From contig CAJINV010000019.1 of NCBI GenBank assembly GCA_905178155.1, positions 87,265-151,264 on the forward strand: 64,000 bases of DNA, written 5' to 3'. Origin of the DNA: Amoebophrya sp. A120. Lineage: Eukaryota; Protista; Dinoflagellata. Below the pieces are notes generated by a model, which was not told where the DNA came from, made no database searches, and saw nothing but the letters and a program-made list of their open reading frames with translations. Within the stretch, counting starts at the first letter, position 1; every line of letters starts with the position of its first letter. Made by a program: the position numbers and the translations under genes. Below are positions 56,501 to 64,000 of this stretch, one piece after another.

Positions 56501-59500
56501 AATAGCACTAGAATCCGTCCCAAATCTGTATTGCAAAAGGCGCAATCTTCCTCCTTTCGCTTTCACTTTTGCCATTCGTGCATTACACATTCATGCATAG
56601 ATGAGTTGAAGGTGTAACGTTTGAGAACCCCATATCTGGAGCTCCTCGACATCCGTGCTCATCAGTAGGTGGTCCGGGAAATCCCACAAAAAAAGCTACA
56701 GATTCATTTATTTGTGATGCCAGAATCACATTATAAAAACAGCGCAAAAGTTTAAGTTATATAATGGGCGAACTGCAGCCTGCCGGAGCACCACACTGTG
56801 AAAGGTACTATCCGTCGCTACTTTTGTTCGCGCTCGCAAGTACCTTCTACGTTTGTAGATGCTTTTTTTTTGGAAGTGTGATTTTAAAAAATGCTAGTAG
56901 CTTTTTGCCGTGTGATACGGAATGCTGTCCGTTGTAAGCGGAGGCCCGGGAAAATCGCGATGCCAGGTGTCTTCCATGGCGCGGTATGAAAGAAAAAGAG
57001 ATCACCAATCTTCTAGATTTCGATGTATTACTTACACTCTCTTGCTAATTGTTGCATTTCTTGCATGATGAAGTCACAGAGAGACGCAGGCTTTCGAAAT
57101 TTCCACTCGTGTGATTTATTTGTAGAGCGACAAGCTTTATCGAAGCTCCAGCTCCGTATTTGATACTCTAGCACACAACCTCCAGAAAAAGTAAAAAACA
57201 TCGTATGTTGTTTGAGCTCATCGCTCGTAGGAGAAATGTCAACGCCGCAAAGCAAATCTACTGAGAAGGAGAAAAGCAAGTGTTACGTAGTTAGTAGTTA
57301 CTGCCTCTACCAAAACCAATACATGCGCTTCCTTGATGTTTCTAGGGAGAAACTGCTACCCACGTAGTTAATATCGTCGCATCACCGCATTCAGAAAAAC
57401 TCCGAAAAAACACCGCGTCGGTTTCTGCTCCTGTAGCGTGACCCGGATGATCATGTGTGTTTGTCCCCCCGCAAAAAGACAGACAGCGGAGTGCCGCAAG
57501 AGCAGGATAAAAATACATCACCTCTTCTACTCTTTCTTCTTTAGGGCCACAAAATGCGGGCGAGGTGGCGAGGACTACGGGCAGCGGCGTGGCGAGGACT
57601 TCGGGCAGGGTGGAAATGCAACAAAAATGAAATCTACTTGTTGTGCAAAAACTACGTGCGTTGAGTTACGTCGTACCTACACGAGAACAAGCATGCAAGA
57701 ACCCCGGGGCATTTCAACGTGATCAACTCCAACATTGCCAATGCATGCAGAAATACGTAGCCGAACTTCATCGAAATCCGAGAAGGCAATCCTTCGGACT
57801 CTACATCATTCTGATTTTCGCTGTCCTAGCTCCAGAAAGATGTCTCGCTCTGGGTCGGGATTCTGTCCCGGTATCAAACACTGCAGATACATCTGCCCCC
57901 GCGGGATCATGTTCATGAAATCGACAAGACGACCCAGTTTTCTGCAGCCCTGCTGATTGTTGCGGAGTTGCAATGAAGTAGTGGTCTCTTTTGGAGTAGA
58001 CCACACACAGTGTGAACGCCGCATGAAACGTTTTTCCAGGCTTTACATTTTTGCAGGTTCAACAATCGTATAAAGAAGTCACATGCGAAACATTTGCTGA
58101 GAATTCCTTTCACAGCTCGAGAAAAAAAAGTCACCGCGGATCGTCGTAGCTTCATGGTTCAAAACGTCGTGCATCACAGATTCATTTCCTTCATCGCGCT
58201 GCAGACTATACTTGCAATGCATACCCAATTCACCAGTAGCGATATATGCGTCCGCATATCCTACGCCGTTCCACGTGAAGAGCTGGCCGCCATTTGTTCC
58301 GTCTATCCTATGCGAATGTGTCTGTGTTGTAGACTCGTGGTAGCGCTGCATTTTTGTACACGATGAGACCACACGTCGGCCTGGTGCAGCCAAGAATAGT
58401 GAAAAGTAAAGCTGCTTGCTGTATGTGCTGCACACTTTGGCTGTCTCAAGTAATGTATCATCGGCATGAAAAAGTGGATTCCTGCTCTTGCAAGATGACA
58501 AGAAAGCTCTTCTTCACGCGCTTGTGCAGTCAGTCACCTAGAGATGCAGACTTTTGAAAAAAGCAGGAGCAACTGAGGCTGCAATGCACATGCTCGACTT
58601 TTCGGAACTCAGACACAATTCTTGCGATTTATACCGTCGTCTTGGTTCGTGCCAAAAGAGTTGTGCATGACTTCCCGCATCTCCTGAATAAAAACGTCCA
58701 GACCCCAACATATGTCGCGTCATTCTAATTTGCTTCTTTATGCTCAGGAAGTTTCTCATGTGGACGGCGGACCGCATGAGAAACTTCCTGAGCATACTAG
58801 AGAGCACCGCATCATGCGGTGGCTCTCTAGTAAAGGCCCTTTGTGGTCGAGCTTTCGAAATTTGCCGTGCGCTAATCAGAAATAAAAGAAATTTAATGGA
58901 CAACGACAAAGACACGTGGCGCGTAGTATTAACATGATAGACTCGACTAAGCACACTGCATAGCCAGGAAGAACTTGTTATGTGTGAGTCCCAATCACAA
59001 AAGTGCTTGACGTGCATGGCAGAGTTCCCATTTTGAGGATGGTGCGGGGACGTTTTTACTGCGGATACTGCATTGCCGGAGGAAACGGGCCAATATACCA
59101 ATCGTTATCATCCCCGCCGTTACCATTTGGGTCGCCTGGGGCGCTGAAGGTCCAATCGCTGTATCCACAAAAAAAGACCCACCCACATCCAATTCGTCAT
59201 GCAAAACATTCATGAAGTCCTGAGTTTGTCATACAAAAATGGATGAGAATGGGTTTTTTTCGTGGATACGTTGATGGGCTCAGGGAGCGGGCCCCAGGCG
59301 AGCGCTTCCTTCTTGGCCTGATTTTGCATTTGCGAAGATTGTGTCAGCCTAGAAGAAGTCCGGCTGTTTATTTTTTGCTCCTGCTGGATCTGTTCTGCTT
59401 CTGCTTCCTTATTTTCCAAAAACGTGGAACTTCTACCAGAGGCGTCTTCATGAAGGTCGGTCTGGCTGATTCGGTCTTGTTTGTCGTCCTGTATAATGTC

Positions 59501-59569
59501 CTGCCTTGCTGCGACGCTTCCTGCTCCTGTCCCTATCCTTGCAGCTTTACTCCAGTAACGGGCCCCCAA
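53600..59569 (-). CDS. Heavily interrupted gene (or genes) of unknown function, partly reconstructed
   Basis: In-frame joins PEPIN/DWTFSAP..PPAMQ/EVMHNSF..QDD/GTNGGQL..GEL/GQNPD (59.3-57.8 kb) and WDFPDHLLMSTDVEELQ/K/NIK (56.7-56.0 kb); ORF 53522..53998 looks exonic. Several junctions unresolved. Confidence 0.5.
54482..54791. mobile_element. Introner family D (diverged)
   Basis: tatcctgatcacaaacgtccccacccca ... ggtggggacgtttattttacatttgata; flanks tgccg/cgtcg. Confidence 0.75.
55235..55443. mobile_element. Introner family E variant
   Basis: tatcgccagaaaaaactgtttcactgtaa ... ttacagtgaaacacttttttcgtgggata; flanks gaatg/gaatg. Confidence 0.85.
56052..56376. mobile_element. Introner family A (diverged)
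   Basis: tatccattgcaaat.. / ..atttgcaatgcgta; flanks ttctt/ttctt. Confidence 0.8.
56386..56634. mobile_element. Introner family B
   Basis: tatggggttctcaaa ... tttgagaaccccata; flanks tctgg/tctgg. Confidence 0.88.
57872..58223. mobile_element. Degenerate family A-like introner
   Basis: tatcaaacactgcagatac.. / ..tatacttgcaatgcata; flanks cccgg/cccaa. Confidence 0.6.
58304..58633. mobile_element. Degenerate family A-like introner
   Basis: tatcctatgcgaatgtgtctg ... cagacacaattcttgcgatttata; flanks ccgtc/ccgtc; frame restored. Confidence 0.75.
58680..59067. mobile_element. Family D introner (long, diverged)
   Basis: tctcctgaataaaaacgtcc ... ggacgtttttactgcggata; flanks ccgca/ctgca; frame restored. 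Confidence 0.75.
59162..59268. mobile_element. Minimal (107-bp) family D-like introner, almost pure hairpin
   Basis: tatccacaaaaaaagaccca ... tgggtttttttcgtggata; flanks cgctg/cgttg; frame restored. Confidence 0.8.
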
Positions 59570-59915
59570 AACCGGAGCAGAAGAAACTTGAAAAAAACCT
59601 TAAAAAAACTTGCGCACTTTTGATTTATAGCATTGTAAAAAGTGAAAACCAAGAGGGGCGGCCGGAGAAGAAAAAAAACGCACGGAGCGGACGCGATTTC
59701 CGGTTTCTGGAAATTGCAATCGCGACGGCGATTTTGAAAAACTAAGCACGGCGAAAGACTGGGGCAAATTCAAAATCAAAGGACTCGAGAGAGCAGCTTT
59801 TTTTTCATTTTATAGCGCTCCAAAATCCAAATCTGTGTTGCAGGAATAGCCGTTCATAATCTTCGCGCGGAGGCGCGCCATTTTCAAAACTTTAAGAGTG
59901 CGACTGGGGGGGAGA

Positions 59916-59952
59916 TATTTTCCGCAGACATGATTCATGTCTGCGGAAAATA
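59916..59952. repeat. Perfect 18-bp inverted repeat with 1-nt spacer
   Basis: tattttccgcagacatga-t-tcatgtctgcggaaaata. Confidence 0.9.
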
Positions 59953-61620
59953 GCTGCCCCTAGTCAGCGGCCGTGGCTCTTCTTCATCTAGGTGAGGGTC
60001 GCCTCCATTGGTTGCGCCGCTCGAGGGGATTTTCAAAATCCCTGCTTCGCACGGGCGCCGGCCGCCGGGATGCCCGAGTTTGGCGCGCTGGTCGGGTTCT
60101 GGCTCTTGCGGGGCCTGTTGGCAGTGCCGAAGGAAGCGGCTTCACTCGGAGTGAGGGTTGGCCGGCGCAGGTGACGCAGCTGGCCGTCTTCCTCGGGCCC
60201 AGGCCCACGACGCCCTTTTAAAATATATACACAAAGCGCCGCTCCGCGGTGCGCAAGCAGCTGGTGGCCCCGTAGGCTTGTACGCATAGGGGCGCCCACG
60301 CGCGTTGGCGCGCAGCCTTTTTGGTGCTTGCGCCCGCGCGCGCGATCCGGCCCCGAAAATGCAGAAAATCAAAAACGTCACACCCTCGGGCGGGGGGTGT
60401 AACACTTTTTGCCGCGGTGCTGTCACGGAGGCAAAAAAACACACGCAAACGGCGTCGGCCATACCATGCGCCCCAGGGTGTAACACTTTTTGGCAGGGCG
60501 GCACCACGAAGGCCAAAAACCATGAAGGCGGCGGCCGCCATACCATTGGCGCCAGGTTGTAACACTTTTTGCCAGGATGCTACGGCGCTCAGAGTTGCAA
60601 CCCGGCGAAAATGCTTGCGAAAATGCGTCAGCCCTGCCGAAGCATCTCGGCAGCAGGCGAAAAAAACTTGGACCTGTCGACGTTTTTGGCCCAAAATCAG
60701 ACGGGCTCCGTCCACCATACCGTCGGGGCTGGCTTTCGATGGGTTCCAAGGATGCGACCCGACTTGCAAGTTTATTTCAAGTTTATTCCAAGTTTTGTCC
60801 GCGATTCCGGCCGCCGGCTGGCGTGCCCAGATTTGGGCTATTTCCTGAGGCCTATCCACGACCTGACGGAGCCGATTTGCGAGTCGCAAAAGCGGCAGCG
60901 GCTTCCGAAGGCGCCGGCCGAACTTGGGGAGGGGGGTAAAGTCATGACTTTTGGTGGTTTTCTTCGCCCATGGTGCCGCCGTGGTAAAAAGTGTCACAAC
61001 CTGGCGCCGCTTGCATGGCGAACGCAGGTTGACGCGATGGCGAAAGCGAGAACTTTCGCCCGCGCTCCCGCCCTGCCAAAAAGTGTTACACTCCAGGGCC
61101 AATGGTATGGTCGGCCGAGCTTCCCGCCTGGCCGTCCGGCTGCTTGCTGGAGCACGCCGCGCCCGCAGGCGCCGCCGTCCTGGGCGCGGCCGGCCCTCTC
61201 GCTCGCCCCGGCGGCCCATGGCGTTCCTGATTTCTACCGGCGCGCCGCGGCCACGCACTCCAGGCCCAACCATTGGCTGCGCCGGCCAACCGCCAGGGGC
61301 GGGCGCCGTTTGACGAGCTGCGCGCGCGGGTGCGCCGGGCTTTTCCCAACGAAGAAAAGGACGAAGGAGCCAGCGCGCCACTCCTAGCGCCCAAGCACCG
61401 CCGCCCGCCCGGGCGCGCGCGCCCCCACCTTGTGGCCTGCCGGTCTTTTTGGGGTATGCGGGCTTTTCGGCATTGGCCGCCGTGCGTGGCCAGGCAGCTT
61501 CTCGCCAGCGGCCGGGCGGATTGATTAGCGGCGGGCGCATTGGTTTTTCTTTCTAGGCATAACGAAAAAGCAGCAAAGGCGGCACCCAAAACAATCCGCG
61601 CCCGGTCTGAATCTGGACAA
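59950..61620. other. GC-rich intergenic island 3 with internal direct and inverted repeats
   Basis: tgtaacactttttg at 60398, 60479, 60558; inverted copies at ~60986 and 61077. Confidence 0.65.
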
Positions 61621-61818
61621 TAGGCAGCTTTGGCTGGAGCGGTCAATTGTCCGGATTCAGGTCGTGTATTGATTTCAAGACGGAGCGGTTTTGGTTTCTG
61701 GCACTAAACGCGAAAAACAACACGAAAAGGCACAAAAAGCGTCGCGCCGTGCCACAGCTTGTCCTTCTGTTGCTAGTTTCAAAGTTGGCCGGTGTCACAG
61801 GTGCGCTCACAGAACAGC

Positions 61819-62424
61819 TCACGCTGAAGCTGTTGCGGCCCTCTCGAATTTAGGCCGCGCAAGTCTTTGGCAACTTGATTGCAAGTTTCGACCTCCATAA
61901 ACTTGGAGGTCCGTTCCACCAGTAACAGCTGGACTACCAATGAATACTTGCTTCCCGGTGCTGCTCATCGTCCTCCGCGCTGCTGTTCCTGCCGTGCCGT
62001 CTGCTTCCTGTGGTGCTGTGCCCGACGGTTCATCCGGATTCAGCAAGTCAGAAGCGCCGGAGGCCGTACTACTATCGAAAATCTTCTCCTCACCAACGTC
62101 AGCAGTGATAGTAGGCAGTCGACCGGACGAAGACGACACTCCGGAGGACTGTGTTTGTTCCGTCCTTTTTCCCAATTTCTCCTTCTCGACTCGCAGGGCA
62201 GAGACGAGCAGGAAAGGCGTGGGAGGTCTTCTTTTTGTGGACGAAAGCGTCCTACTTCTACTCCCACCGGGGGTCATGATCTTCGACGAGGTAGGATGTG
62301 GAGGAGTTGTCCGTGTAGCACCGAAACTACGAGGATGAAGTTCCTCTCCGGGCTTGTTCTGGTTGCAATAGTCAAGGGTGTCGCGGTCGTGCAGGTTCAG
62401 GTAAGTGGCAAAAAACGATATCAA
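61819..62424 (-). CDS. Possible terminal exon of a hypothetical protein
   Basis: 201-aa Ser/Thr-rich ORF with composition like neighbouring genes; start not identified. Confidence 0.4.
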   Translation of the reverse strand: MISFFATYLNLHDRDTLDYCNQNKPGEELHPRSFGATRTTPPHPTSSKIMTPGGSRSRTLSSTKRRPPTPFLLVSALRVEKEKLGKRTEQTQSSGVSSSSGRLPTITADVGEEKIFDSSTASGASDLLNPDEPSGTAPQEADGTAGTAARRTMSSTGKQVFIGSPAVTGGTDLQVYGGRNLQSSCQRLARPKFERAATASA

Positions 62425-63334
62425 AAGAAGGCTGGCGCAGCAATTGAACCGGGAACGAGAAAAAGCTTGGCTATGCTGCTGCGGCGCGAAGACAGAGGTG
62501 TAGGTGCTCTACCACACAGAAAGAAGCTAGCGTGTCACTTTTTTTGTACGAAAACAAATGCAAAGAAATTTGCCACAGGAGAGTACACAACATCCATTTT
62601 CTGTGTACAGACTAAGCTCCATCTCTGCAAGACAGTTCGTTTCCCTATTGATGAAGGGCAACGTGATAGCTTTTTTCTCCGGGATATAATGGAAGAGTAG
62701 TTACGCGGCGGGCGACCCCGACGCCTCGTCCGGTGCGGAAGCATTAGTTCCTGCGCTTTCCGGGAGAGCCACATGATACCCGCTGCGGTCGTCACAGCGG
62801 GGGAGGGGTGAGAGTCAAAGCCCGCGGCCCGTGAGATCGATGGATCACCAGCGTGTCAGATTGATTTATACCATGATGGGGACATAGGCAGGATCATCCC
62901 CCGAGCGAGGCCGGGGGAATGCAATTCATTTACTTCGAACTGGACCAAAGTAAAAATCCGATGCTGAATCGGCATAGCAGCTGTTGCTGTTATACTATAG
63001 AGTAACTGGTGTCAAACCTCAGCTCACTCATTTTAGCACGCCTTTCCTTCAATTTCTGTCCTCTCAGCAGCTCAACCTCAACAAGTGGTCGTTGACAGTG
63101 GATCAGATTCAGAAGAAAAATTCTGTGCTGATAAGTGATACGTGAAAGTAGATAAGTACTTACACCAAGAGCTATGAAGATATATTTAAATTTCTACGAA
63201 GTAGTAAGATCAAAACTAATAAACGACAACAACAAGGGAGGAGGCCAAATAAGCAGAGCACCACCGTGATTCACCTCATTTCCTAAAAGAAAACGCAGAT
63301 CTTTAATATTAACTAGAAAAATCCTGAAAATGAT

Positions 63335-63610
63335 CCCGAAAAGCGAAAAGCGAAAAGCGAAACCGGACAGATCTGAAACGTTTTAGCTATTGGAGTAGAT
63401 AGAAGCAAGAGAATGAGAACGATCGCGAAAAGCGAAAAGCGAAAGCCGAAGCCGGGCAGATCTGAAACGTTTTAGCTATTGCAGTAGAAGCAAGAGAATC
63501 AGAGCGATCCCGAAAAGCGAAAAGCGAAGCCGGGCAGATCTGAGAGGTAGAGTAGGAAGAGAATGAAAGCGATCTCGAAGAGCGAAAAGCGAAACGCCGG
63601 AAAGATCTGA
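63335..63610. repeat. Tandem repeat built from (gaaaagc)n..agatctga units
   Basis: Four degenerate copies of gatcNcgaaaagcgaaaagcgaa..ccggNcagatctga. Confidence 0.8.
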
Positions 63611-63719
63611 AGTTGTTAGGAGTGAGCTCCAGCAAGCCCAGGCACATAAGAAGGAGTTCGCTGGTCTCCGGCCCTCGGCCCTCGGTCCCCTGCTCGCCCT
63701 GCTCCGAGGAGGTCGCTTC

Positions 63720-64000
63720 GTCTGCGTGTAATTCGCAACGGGGCACGCGGCCGCCGCAGGCCGGGTGCGTTTCGCAGTGCTGCCAAGGCTTTTGCTTTCG
63801 TGGTGCCTGCGTGTAATTCGCAGGGGGCAGGGCCGGCACGACTTTGGGCGCCCGCCCCCTTGGTGCGTTTCGCAGTATGGCCCGCGATGCGTCGCGGGCT
63901 GTGTCTGCGTCTAATTCGCAAGGGGCATGGGGCCGCCGTGGCGCGGGTGCGTTTCGCAGTGCCGCCAAGGCTTTTGCTTTGGCGGCGCCTGCGTGTAATT
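63720..64000. repeat. GC-rich tandem repeat running off the window end
   Basis: Recurring ctgcgtgtaattcgca and ggtgcgtttcgcagt; ccaaggcttttgcttt twice. Confidence 0.8.

Noticed and set aside
60218-61540. Long ORFs in GC islands (440 aa here; also 31162..32076, 12304..12951)
   Set aside because: Open in several frames because stops are rare at high GC; Arg/Pro/Gly/Ala-rich with no motifs.

Overview
Eukaryotic genomic DNA, most consistent with a Syndiniales/Amoebophrya-like parasitic dinoflagellate (an inference from gene architecture, not from a database search). All supportable genes lie on the minus strand. The dominant feature is about 54 short (107-388 bp) MITE-like elements in at least five terminal-inverted-repeat families. 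Nearly all run TAT...ATA and are flanked by 5-bp direct repeats. They sit inside coding sequence and behave as non-GT-AG introns: removing the element plus one repeat copy restored the frame at every junction I translated by hand, including 22 consecutive junctions of a ~2830-aa membrane/WW-domain gene (16888-30078). Elements occur in both orientations and share an internal GCATNACAAA motif across families. Also present: a near-full-length non-LTR retrotransposon (APE-RT-RNase H) with two +1 frame breaks, a GT31/Fringe-like gene, three GC-rich intergenic islands, a ~1-kb TIR element with a 42-bp tandem array, and terminal tandem repeats. Coordinates were read by eye and may be off by a few bases.
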